Positions 10,301-18,100 of a stretch of DNA of 64,000 bases are shown in pieces. Made by a program: the position numbers and the translations under genes. The stretch lies in the NCBI GenBank assembly GCA_964291315.2, contig OZ219750.1:192001-256000 (forward strand), given 5' to 3'. The first letter of the stretch is position 1, and each line of letters starts with the position of its first letter. The notes under the pieces were generated by a model, which saw only the letters and a list, made by a program, of their open reading frames with translations, searched no databases and was not told where the DNA came from. Origin of the DNA: Candidatus Poribacteria bacterium (lineage in GTDB: Bacteria; Poribacteria; WGA-4E; WGA-3G).

Positions 10301-11664
10301 CGTAGGTTTGGGTTGCCGCCTTCCAAAAAACCGCGTATATTCTGACCGACGCGGCGTTCCCACGTCATCTTACCTCTGACACGAGCATTTACCTGATTTC
10401 CTGTGTTATGTTCTTGTTCAAGCAGATTCTCGAGGAAAGCAGCGTCATCTTTAGAGATCCAAAATCGCGGTATATTGGCGGGAACTGTGCCGAATTTGTT
10501 CTCTGCTTCTCCACGGATGGTTGTTTCGGGTTCAATGAAGATAATAGCGGTACCCCCGAGCATTGCTGCGTTGATATAGCGGGTACTGGAGTTAAAATCG
10601 AGAAGAACGATAGCGCCCTTTGGTATGAAGATATGTGCTTCGCTGGCAGCGACAAATTCGCCGTCTTCATCGGTTTCTCCGTTATTGTTATTGTCTATAC
10701 CGTCGGTGGCATCTCCAGAGATTTCGTCTGTCCATCCATCAGCGTCATTGTCAATGCCATCTGTTGCCCATCCGCGGATCTCGGAGAGCAATGGGATTTC
10801 CCCGTATTCATCGATAGTGCCGTCTTCATCATTGTCTATGCCGTCGGATGCTTTCTGCAGGTGTTCGTTGAGCACATCATCGGTAATACTTGCTTCGGTG
10901 ATGAGGTAACGTCGAGCGAGCGATGTAAGCGTATCTCCTTCTTGGAGTTTATACCAGAATCCGCCGATATTGGTGTTGTTAAAGTCTGCGAGTTCGCCAT
11001 CATCGCCGTAAAGGAGGGGCCCAGAGAGACCGCCTGTGGGAATGAATACGCTATTTCCTTCCACAACGGGAGATGGCAGAAATCTGTTTCGTTCATCAGT
11101 GAGAATTTCTTCCTCGGGGATGTCATAACTGGCTGCGATGATTTGGAGCGTCTCGCCTTCAAGAACGGTGTGCTTAATACTATCTGCTAATAAAGAAGTT
11201 CGGACGAGATTTGGCCAGAGAGGTGTGAGTTTGAAACTGTGTAAGACAGTCCCCTCAGGCGAGATTATCTCAATGATGCTATCCCCTTGATCAACTGGAA
11301 CAGTAACAGGAAACTCACGACTTTCCACGTTTTGCAAACCGATTTCGACGAATCTGTCAAAGATGTACTTGCTGCCGCTTGCGGCCTGTGGGTAACCTGT
11401 CACGCGGCTCTCTAAACTTGACAAGCGTGCGATGTCCTTCCGGATGTTGCCGATGGACATGTCATCTCGGATCTGAATGGCTGCTGCGGTTGACATCCCG
11501 GTGCTAGGAACCGTTTGCGGATATGTCTTGGGTACACTACTAGCGAGTAGAATAGAAAGGCTTAAAAATATTAAGACGTGTCTTGCCCGCGAGGATCGCA
11601 CGGTTGAGTCTGTTATGGTACTGAAACGTCGCGAATAATATTCACTCCTATTATGGATTCTCAT
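4306..11664 (-). CDS. Giant M28-peptidase-fold / LysM / Ca-binding repeat / FtsX-MacB permease fusion (2452 aa)
   Basis: Signal peptide; 'SRVTGYP'; two LysM-like units (HTVLEGETLQIIA, YKLQEGDTLTSLARRY); three DGIDND..G..DE-type repeats; M28-like 'IVLTAYYDS...PGAD'; TM cluster 'LGISNMRKRKGRT'; FtsX C-terminus 'VYERVREISIYSSVGL ... STMYPAFKAS'. Confidence 0.85.
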   Translation of the reverse strand: MRIHNRSEYYSRRFSTITDSTVRSSRARHVLIFLSLSILLASSVPKTYPQTVPSTGMSTAAAIQIRDDMSIGNIRKDIARLSSLESRVTGYPQAASGSKYIFDRFVEIGLQNVESREFPVTVPVDQGDSIIEIISPEGTVLHSFKLTPLWPNLVRTSLLADSIKHTVLEGETLQIIAASYDIPEEEILTDERNRFLPSPVVEGNSVFIPTGGLSGPLLYGDDGELADFNNTNIGGFWYKLQEGDTLTSLARRYLITEASITDDVLNEHLQKASDGIDNDEDGTIDEYGEIPLLSEIRGWATDGIDNDADGWTDEISGDATDGIDNNNNGETDEDGEFVAASEAHIFIPKGAIVLLDFNSSTRYINAAMLGGTAIIFIEPETTIRGEAENKFGTVPANIPRFWISKDDAAFLENLLEQEHNTGNQVNARVRGKMTWERRVGQNIRGFLEGGNPNLRDELIVLTAYYDSMSIVPAMAPGADPTCGIATLMELARLFSLPQYRPGYSVLFVAVDGHFQGLAGMRAFMEGIGQDIVGSDTDSPGTPTMHGLRRGLSTDVIEFEELGRRLLLSIDRSVLVDLPSDFFHGIHRVKSDLESLMTTLDGLAETRAEIEDLTNRQRDFSERQKKQADRNRKREKQEFTDEEKSILLANLARSKKETLQTTHFLRDIVKELADVRAVALNTSRIAQRELIETVALPIARLDTWAIGKLTHAIKTNTADKYATHPNEAYLMPIKQGSEWKIPVPQDLPKELIPDIEMLNQTLADWEMADKRKFALMWTPEKIMDRHLDLHGLDEAKNARSILRKSDQSQQISIQAEVQLLEKVLVKIPDSQSFEDQIKTSIRKLKETPSSQDTNSPLLYSGKFISKAGIERLNSIDAQLRQRLTESNDSSDAAVLIADLLKDKQSIFEIGLRNARLERTRIQNLIATAGTLGREHLAEEKLILKNYLSDSEVEQILSLRAQIASHIIETELLETAKKRAESDIVALENLRERLPTLDTDLDAETKVLLRDNLLTLRNARFRNIQSRVEKMLRIDTGEYNRKLGQIEAAIALQDLFNRYYTSLYVSIDLSSQSNQFGVFNKGWFYDQQPEFVLRREFASIGNQLASYAEDADFGVRVRKLWQWTDDQIRQAVMERQWTVADGISDKSALEGKTLETLLSSHFGKLTGLSGVSRLMKMQFEQWRNQGEPSEDMLKDMDYIRKEVERFIRNDVRTAKKNRKNNIRTREQLDAMLRLRHEDPETFSDDEIDDIKTLISIAGLGGDSNFVNAISASGGKTWKTYIPGKIAFDSEVATLVGKTGIAFATIEDARVLTDTPLDTIERVDLREGGNLHQQAQTLASLLIQALRDEEMPTAARVGNFYCNLFGDVVEFDARESALPNKPVPYPILTLRRKHKSMMGVRGDLFVMGDNKGNFEVAGLAMEGRATRRLGGVQEVEAYILDPHSGDIVYAPDLGDYGAKLLPNQIPINTRRRGCRVVTFPCVSTTIYDLVDQRYLRTLRELEIYDALTDSAPEKFGMSKPWQQEGVSAAEPIALVYSEPNTRIKVGMAYGQIGKRLLLIKATKSGMKNPTLYTGEGFVVRENGRIRLTPYVVVRDMWWLDENRSQLYKRFGISSDRLDKLHQFANDYLARAETELLQNDYQQALKLARAAWGYESRAYPDVKQTGNDVVNGVMFYLALLMPFAYFMERLIFGFPNIHKQILGSFGIFLLVFFFLSQVHPAFQITTTPVIILIAFVVLALTVIVIFIIVRKFEEQLEKIRQEGSKVYKADVGRLSASAAAFSLGISNMRKRKGRTILTCCTLVILTFTVISFTSVRTFMHPNRTSLPQVTPRYTGLLIRDQYWRPLEEPVLTSVLNDLQKTQITVTAFERLLERKNERLIKDGQQPVDIAETRAALEQGGFIEQVDEEAVVIVRNSIAPRAWYQSSGTGDQSFVQLTRTANSADPAPPTHALTGEALTFAANMLVGMSEAEPEVSSINRYLQYGKWFEPADAQNWPTEWPYAIVLPKGMAELLKITESDMGKATVSVYGADFTVVGVLGIGFKDLTDNDGEELTPVDYQLMQQQRSRGATGDETLEGELQKYLHLTPDSVAILPYDVVMNQGGTLRSVAVNMEPQENDPKLLSAIDKLDLIMAPLMNRIALDFFVGRDKDTYLYSSIGMTSFSGMGNLFVPILIAALIVLNTMLGAVYERVREISIYSSVGLAPIHIAFLFFAEACVYAIVGAVLGYLMGQAIATTLVSFGWLAGLTLNYSSMSTVVATIIVMLVVLLSTMYPAFKASRMAVPDIERKWKLPEPEGDVWHFNLPFTVLEEEALGLNVFMRDYFEAHSDESASDFYTDQVAFSTIESEGEDAYQIGMMVWLAPYDLGVSQSIQFVTSPVGGEEEDLYKITLDVHRESGEIASWKRVNRRFLNLLRKQLLIWRTFSVDIRAEFHERGRTEGTDAPATEQLDPILAPAD

Positions 11665-11861
11665 GTTGTAAAGTCTCCCACCTCTCTCATATTTATTGTT
11701 TTTTATCTTTGCTGCGCAAAAAACACGTATAAAAGGCTATGTCATGTGTGAAGGCACCACTAGCATACATATCACAGAATGAAGGGCGCTTTACCTGATT
11801 TTTGGCAATTTCTTTCTGATCAGCGGCCTACTGATACCGTATTAAAAAGCGTAATAGCGAT

Positions 11862-11891
11862 ATTTTATACTATTACGATAAATTTTGTCAA
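11862..11891 (-). promoter_or_regulatory. Sigma70-like promoter for the large operon
   Basis: Minus strand TTGACA-N18-TAAAAT. Confidence 0.55.
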
Positions 11892-11899
11892 ATTAAAAT

Positions 11900-11928
11900 T
11901 TGCATTTAAGGCATTTTTAGATTAAAAT
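11900..11928 (+). promoter_or_regulatory. Sigma70-like promoter for XRE regulator
   Basis: TTGCAT-N17-TAAAAT, back-to-back with the minus-strand promoter. Confidence 0.5.
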
Positions 11929-12049
11929 ACAATTCATGTTTTTCTCAATTAAAATGAAAGTCTCTATAAGCTTGTATATTGATCTTCTAAAATTAAAAAA
12001 ACAGCCGCAATAATACAGTGCCTCTTATAGACACATAGAAGGAGTCAAC

Positions 12050-12451
12050 GTGGACAAGGGATCGAAAGAATTAGAAAGAATTAGCAAAGTCGTCTCACGT
12101 ATAAAGTTGCGTCGTCGTGAATTAAATATGACGCAAACGGATCTTGCGAATGTAGCGAATTTAACGCCAGCTGCAATCTCACAATTTGAATCAGGAACCC
12201 GTAAACCTTCCTTTAATACGCTTTTAAGTCTTTCTGACGCTCTAAAAGTGACAACTGATTATCTACTTGGAAAGCAAGAGAGATGCTACGAGGATCTCTT
12301 AGCTGATCCGAAGATAAACATTATGCTTAGAGGTATGATGGAATTCACTGAGAAAGACAAAGAGACGCTCTATGAGTTCTATGAATTTCTCAAGACGAAA
12401 GCGGCCGCGGTAAAGGGGTCTGGAAAGGAAACATGCTCAGATTCAGAGTAA
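12050..12451 (+). CDS. XRE-family HTH transcriptional regulator
   Basis: 'MTQTDLANVANLTPAAISQFESGTRKPSFNTLLSLSDALKVTTDYLLG'; AGGAG RBS before GTG. Confidence 0.92.
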   Translation: MDKGSKELERISKVVSRIKLRRRELNMTQTDLANVANLTPAAISQFESGTRKPSFNTLLSLSDALKVTTDYLLGKQERCYEDLLADPKINIMLRGMMEFTEKDKETLYEFYEFLKTKAAAVKGSGKETCSDSE

Positions 12452-12515
12452 TGCGTTTAGTATCCAAGAGGTTCAGCTCCATAAATTTTGAGATTTACCA
12501 AAATCGTACTATTCC

Positions 12516-13571
12516 TTACGGACACAAACAGACTTTACCAAAATTCTGGCGGTTTTCCAACAACAGATGTGCTTTACGCGCTGCATGAAGTGGTAGGGCT
12601 TGGTCTACAATAGGTTTGAGTTTTCCTTGTCCGGCGAGATGGATAAGGGTTCGGAGTTCAGCGACTGTGCCGAGAGCGGATCCCATCAGCGTTAGCTGTT
12701 TTTGATACAGTTTTCGGATGTTAATTGTTCCGATATTGCCTGTCGTGACTCCACACGAAACCAGTCTCCCATTTTTGGCAAGACTTGCGATACTCTGCTC
12801 CCATGTTGTAGCGCCGATGTGTTCTAGGACGACATCCACGCCTCGTCCGTTTGTTGCGTCAAGGACGGCTTCCGAAAAATCAGTGTTATTGTAGTTGATT
12901 GCAATGTCTGCTCCCATCTGCTGTGCGCGTTCGGTTTTTGCGTTGCTGCTTGCTGTAGCAAAAATTCTGGCCCCGGTTAATTTTGCGATTTGTAATCCTG
13001 CGCTTCCAACCCCGCCTCCGACACCGAGTATTAGGACATCGTCCTCAGGGCGAAGTTGCGCGCGAGTCATTAGCATGTGCCAGGCTGTGAGATATGCAAT
13101 TGGCATGGCAGCGGCATTAACGAACGAAAGAGCTGCTGGTATTTGAATAGCATTTTGGGCCGGGACCTTTACATATTCTGCGTATCCTCCATTTGTTTGA
13201 AAGCCGATAATTTTTTGTGTGTCACACAAGTTTGCAGCATCTTGTTGGCAGTCGCTGCAGATACCGCAGGGAATATAGGGTACGATCACAACTTGGGCCC
13301 CAACAGCGACCCCGCGGGCTGCGTCACCAATCTCAGTGATTGTTCCAGCGATGTCGGATCCGAGTATGTGTGGTGTATCTCCTCTGCGAAGTTTTGCTTT
13401 TACTTCCGGTCGGTTCCGTCGGGCGTGAAGGTCAAGGTAGTTCACGGCACAGGCCTCGACTTTAATCAAGACCTCGTGAGAGTCGGGTGCTGGCTTCGGA
13501 ACCTCTGTATAGTGAAGTACCTCAGAGCTTCCTTGTTCTGAGAAGACGACTGCTTTCATATTCATTGTCAA
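12516..13571 (-). CDS. Zinc-binding alcohol dehydrogenase / quinone oxidoreductase (MDR family)
   Basis: PHILGSDIAG; CGICSDC...C structural Zn site; GVGGGVG; NFGKVCL C-terminus. Confidence 0.9.
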   Translation of the reverse strand: MTMNMKAVVFSEQGSSEVLHYTEVPKPAPDSHEVLIKVEACAVNYLDLHARRNRPEVKAKLRRGDTPHILGSDIAGTITEIGDAARGVAVGAQVVIVPYIPCGICSDCQQDAANLCDTQKIIGFQTNGGYAEYVKVPAQNAIQIPAALSFVNAAAMPIAYLTAWHMLMTRAQLRPEDDVLILGVGGGVGSAGLQIAKLTGARIFATASSNAKTERAQQMGADIAINYNNTDFSEAVLDATNGRGVDVVLEHIGATTWEQSIASLAKNGRLVSCGVTTGNIGTINIRKLYQKQLTLMGSALGTVAELRTLIHLAGQGKLKPIVDQALPLHAARKAHLLLENRQNFGKVCLCP

Positions 13572-13601
13572 TAGATATAGTACTTCAATGGGTCTGAAGG
13601 T

Positions 13602-14411
13602 TTAACCGTAGGCACCGTGATTGAGGAATCCAAGTAGTCGACGGAGGCGCGGATTTGCTTCCTTGTAGACAGAATCGGGCATACTGTAGTTCATAAATGG
13701 ATAGTATTTATGCCCGACGAGTCGCCGGGCGTAGGTTACTTGTGTGATATAACGGGTGCGCTGGCTCTGGTTCGGACCTCCGCGATGCCATACCTGATTG
13801 TTGAACATGATGACGCTTCCGGCTTTTCCAAGGTTGTACTGGATCTTTTCTTCCCATGCTGTGCCTTCTATCGGATTCGGCGGCGATGCGCCAAAGAGAT
13901 GGGAACCCGGGATAACTTCTGTACCACCATGTTCAACCTCGGTAACATCAGTGATGTAGTAATTCGCTGTAAAGAGCAGCACCGGTAACCGCACGTTCTT
14001 TGGCGGTTCACCTTGCGTTACAATGTAGTGCGGTGCATCGTCTTGGTGCCATGACGTGATTCCTCCTCCGGGAAAGGTTTGGAAAGAGTTATTATGAATG
14101 ACGTGACAGTTTTCCGCCACGAGTGCTTCGGCGAAGGAAACGATAGGTTCAAGATCGAACAATCGGCGGTTAGCTTCACTGTGTTCAAACATCCGATGAC
14201 TTAGGTGCATACGTCCTGCAGAACTTCTACTGTTTAGACCGTTCGGATTGTTTTCCAACGCCCACTCTAAATCTTGGCGGAGTTGTGCGCATAAATCGGG
14301 AGGTAAGACGTTTTTCAAGAACAGACAGCCCTTTTGGTGGAAGATTTCCACCCATTCCTGGATTTGTGCTTCACTGAAAACTTGATCTGCCAAATAGGTT
14401 GTTTGTTCCAT
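13602..14411 (-). CDS. Phytanoyl-CoA dioxygenase (PhyH) family 2OG-Fe(II) oxygenase
   Basis: WHQD, GGTEVIPGSH, WHRGGPNQS...R motifs. Confidence 0.9.
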   Translation of the reverse strand: MEQTTYLADQVFSEAQIQEWVEIFHQKGCLFLKNVLPPDLCAQLRQDLEWALENNPNGLNSRSSAGRMHLSHRMFEHSEANRRLFDLEPIVSFAEALVAENCHVIHNNSFQTFPGGGITSWHQDDAPHYIVTQGEPPKNVRLPVLLFTANYYITDVTEVEHGGTEVIPGSHLFGASPPNPIEGTAWEEKIQYNLGKAGSVIMFNNQVWHRGGPNQSQRTRYITQVTYARRLVGHKYYPFMNYSMPDSVYKEANPRLRRLLGFLNHGAYG

Positions 14412-14463
14412 TTTGCCCCTCTGCTATTTTTAAATTGTGTGGTTAAGGATAAAAGGCTCTGGT

Positions 14464-14490
14464 AGGCGCGATTGCAAACCGCGCCTTTTT
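14464..14490. terminator. GC-rich hairpin (terminator or REP-like palindrome)
   Basis: AGGCGCG-N9-CGCGCCT preceded by GT (GTAG start) and followed by a T run; lies between the DUF350 and PhyH genes. Confidence 0.45.
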
Positions 14491-14527
14491 ACTGTGCACT
14501 TTTAGTCTACCTACAGCCGTGATTTTA

Positions 14528-14866
14528 CTAACCCATTGCAGCAGCGACAATGATGCCGAGCGAAATGAGGACTCCGGCAACGGCGATACCGGCAGCGGTG
14601 TTGTTCTCTTCAGCGATCTGACGGTTGAGATCATAGGGGGTCGCGATATCGAAAACTTTGTAACCCACCATCAGAACTATTAAACCAACGATACTAAAAA
14701 CAACACCTTCAATAATAAACCCTCCCAGGACTTTGAAGTTTATCATAGGGGCCTCTGCGGATGTAGCCGCGTCTACTTGAGCACTCGCGTTATGTGAAAA
14801 CAAAACGAAAGCAACCATTGCTACGTTAGCCAGAATGAATGTCGTAAATACAATTTTTTTAGCCAT
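14528..14866 (-). CDS. DUF350 family membrane protein
   Basis: 'YKVFDIATPYDLNRQIAEENNTAAGIAVAGVLISLGIIVAAAM' fits the DUF350 pattern. Confidence 0.85.
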   Translation of the reverse strand: MAKKIVFTTFILANVAMVAFVLFSHNASAQVDAATSAEAPMINFKVLGGFIIEGVVFSIVGLIVLMVGYKVFDIATPYDLNRQIAEENNTAAGIAVAGVLISLGIIVAAAMG

Positions 14867-14889
14867 TTTGTACAGCCTCCTTATTCATA

Positions 14890-15012
14890 GCTGTCAGAAG
14901 TTAGTAGTCGGTGTCAGTTAATAATTTTTAACAACTCACACTTCTTGAGAGTGCTTCGAGTTTATGAGAATTGTTGTAAACAGACTTTTGACCGATAGCT
15001 GACGACTAATAC
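14890..15012. repeat. Long imperfect palindrome with heptamer arms (MITE/STRR-like)
   Basis: TTAGTAGTCGGTGTCAGTT ... ACCGATAGCTGACGACTAA outer arms; TTTAACAACTCA ... TGAGAATTGTTGTAAA inner arms. Confidence 0.55.
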
Positions 15013-15135
15013 CTATGGAACTTACGTATAAATTAAAACGAGATACCTGTCTTTATTGAACAGAAACACTTATCACATTAGGACAGGTGCGTTAACAAAC
15101 TTTACCTACTAGTCTTTTAGGGTGCAAGCCGTATA

Positions 15136-18100
15136 TTAAACGAGTTCAAACTGCACATCCGTGGCAGTATGCAGGTACTTTACCAATATGACCCCCTGAT
15201 CTTCGATATAAAGCCATCCAGATTCAACGTCTTCAAGTGTTTGTGCAGCCGGGACTTCAATTTCTGCGTATGTACTCCGTGCGTTAACTTGTTCGGGGGC
15301 ATCCGATGCTGCGTTCGATTCCGGATTTTGAGCAGGGCGGGTCGATGATGAGAGTTGATATCTTACACGAAGTGCTTTCGGGGTACTTTGGTACCCGACA
15401 ATAAGGGCATAGCTTGCCTCATTTGTTGCATAACTGAGCTGCCACTTCAGTCGGCCGGCATCAGTTAGGGTGAGTGCATTTATCTTTGCTCCTGAACTGA
15501 TATGTATTTCACCTGCGATAGCGGTTTTAATACCGGGATCAAGCCCTCGGAGTGTATAGATATTCACCATAATATTTTCAGGATTCAGATGAGGGCCCCT
15601 GCCTTCGGTACAGAAGCCATAAAATCCATCGGGATAGGTGCCTTTAAATTCACCATCCGCCCACTGTTGGTGCATCGCGCTGACGGTAATGCCTTCAGCG
15701 ATTTGGAGCCATCGTTCGTCCTTGGTATGTTGATTCAAACGTTGGAGATAGTAAGCGAGTACCAAACCGTTCCATTGAACGGGGACCCCGAACCATGGGT
15801 GTGTGTAGAAGGATGTCCCAAAAACAGGAATTGAAGCGAATTGCATACCGGGGCGGTCTGGGAGGTGCCAATGATACAGAAATGGCAAGGTTGTTTCTGC
15901 CCAGTAGTTTGCCCGCTTGAGGTATTCTTTTTCGGTTGTGAGTTCGTAAGCCTCCACATAAGCCGCGATTGCATGTGCTGCTGCGAGAACGTCGGGTTGA
16001 TACATTGGACATTCCCACATTTGTGCACCGCGAGGCAGCGAAAATTGCTTCATGAATTTGAGTGCCTTCACACCTGCTATTTGTGATGTTTTGTTTCCTG
16101 TGATTCGGGCGTGCTTCAGCAGTAGCAGAGCTGATTCCGCACAAGTGCCAAGTACTGCGTCCCCAGTCTTACCAAGGGAAGCGGTTTTCCCGTTTGTTTG
16201 CCACCGCCAACTACCATCGGATTGTTGGGTAGCGATACGTTGCTGGGCTTCTTTTTGCATGTAGGTTAATGCAGCATCTATATTACCTATATAGAATGGA
16301 AATTCCCAACTTAAAATGTGGCAAGAACCCCGTGCAGCCAAGCCTTCCTTACCGGATTCGGTTATAGTATTCTCTGCAATTTCTAATGCTCTTTCCTTGA
16401 CTTTTTTATTTTTTGTGGCAAGGTAATCATACCAGAGCAGCGTTCCGAAACCAGGTTCGTTATGAGCCTTCCAGCCTACGCAGTGGCGGGATTTTCGAGC
16501 GATTTTGTCCCATGTGACATGCATAAGTCCGTGCCGTGAAAGTAGGAGTTCTTCTTCATCAGTGCGGGGCGGTTCAAGCGGTTTAGGAGCACCGTAAGCA
16601 TCAGTCCAATGTGAGACAGCATCCAAAATAGAGGCGTTTCCATTAGCGATGATTTCGCATTTGATAGAGATCTCACGCGAGGCTGTCAACGGATAGGGCG
16701 TGGATGCCTCTGTCTCATTTTCTTGAACCCATTCTGGCGTAGTGGGCAGGAACAGTCCTAAAATGTGATTTTTCTGGTGTTGATGCCAATTCGGTGAAGC
16801 GAATATTGCAGAGAGCATATGGTTCTCGCTATCCCAAGTATCGAGCGGGTTCCAGATGATACCGACTACTGCTTTTTGCATCTCTACTGCCATGACGGGT
16901 ACTGTAATTTTATACGGATGTGGGACGAGACGGTTGTTAAGCGGTGGAAAGGCATCACGTGGGTTTGAGGAGTGTTCCTCATCTTCCAAAAATTCGAGGC
17001 CCGGGAATAGTGCAGCTGTTTTCTTTTCTGGGTTGTGTCCACATCCAGCGTAGAGTGTGGGGCCCCGGAAAGCAAGAAGTCCTCTATCTGCGTTGGTTTT
17101 CAATCGATATTCCGTTTTAACCCGGGTTGCCTCTTCGGTGAGAGTCCATTCCATCTCATAATCCCATTTTACACCGTCGGTATCCGTGTTCGTACCGCTT
17201 AACCGAACGATGGACTCATCATTGTTACCTGCAAGTTGGTATCTGGTTGGCACGAGTTGAAAGGTCTGACGGTTTTGTAATTCATCAAGGTAAACGACTT
17301 CGGAGAGTGCTGGACTGGTTGCTACCCGTTGGTAATTCCTGCCTTTTGCGACAAAAATCATGTAATATTGAAACCTGCTTTCATCCGGGTTTTCGTTGGA
17401 AGTCGTAGGCTGAATACTTCGAACAAAGACAATGCGGAGATGTTTGTTCCCTAGCACGACGCTGCCATTTTGCGAATAGGTGTGCAGTTCTTTTACTACT
17501 TTGGTGGTAAGTTTGGGGACGGACGGGAGTACAGTGACTTTACCTTGAGCAGTCTGACGTTTTTCACCAAGGGCGGTTTGGTATATAAGCAAAACTGAGA
17601 AAGGATGGACAGTCGGGCGTGGAAGACTACGGATGCTCCATTGGATATTAACTTTTTCCCCGGGCTCAATATGTTTGACGTTTTGCCTGGGTCTGCCACG
17701 TCTTAATCTTGCGCCGTTGATGGTAATCCGGGCAATGTTCCGTTTGTCTAATGGTGCATCGCCGCTATTTCGAAGGGTACATTGGATCTCAAAATCCTCA
17801 CCTGCTGAAACGACTGCCGCTGTTGATCCTATGCTCACAATTTCCAGTTTTGGTTGTAAAACATAAATAGATATTTTAGCGGGAGGTTCTTTTATATCTA
17901 GTGTTTGAATGCAAATATCTGTTAAAGCAGTAACGGGTGTGGAAACAGACTGATTGAATACCAGGGACTGTGTCTTTTCATCGTCGAAGTGTACGATAGC
18001 GATGCCGCATCGGGCTTCGGGTTCAGCACCTCTTTTCGCTTTTCGCAGAGGTTTCTCTTCGAGTTTGTAGAGTTCCGGTTTGCCCCACAATGCCCACGCG

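Noticed and set aside
10660-10850. Repeated DNA units considered as a CRISPR-like array
   Set aside because: They are coding DGIDND repeats, diverged at codon third positions, with no cas genes.
10408-11190. 260-aa plus-strand ORF and other long antisense ORFs inside large genes
   Set aside because: Antisense to well-supported CDSs and lacking motifs.
11665-11860. Possible riboswitch in the ~190-nt leader of the large operon
   Set aside because: No recognisable aptamer consensus by eye; an Rfam/Infernal scan would be needed.
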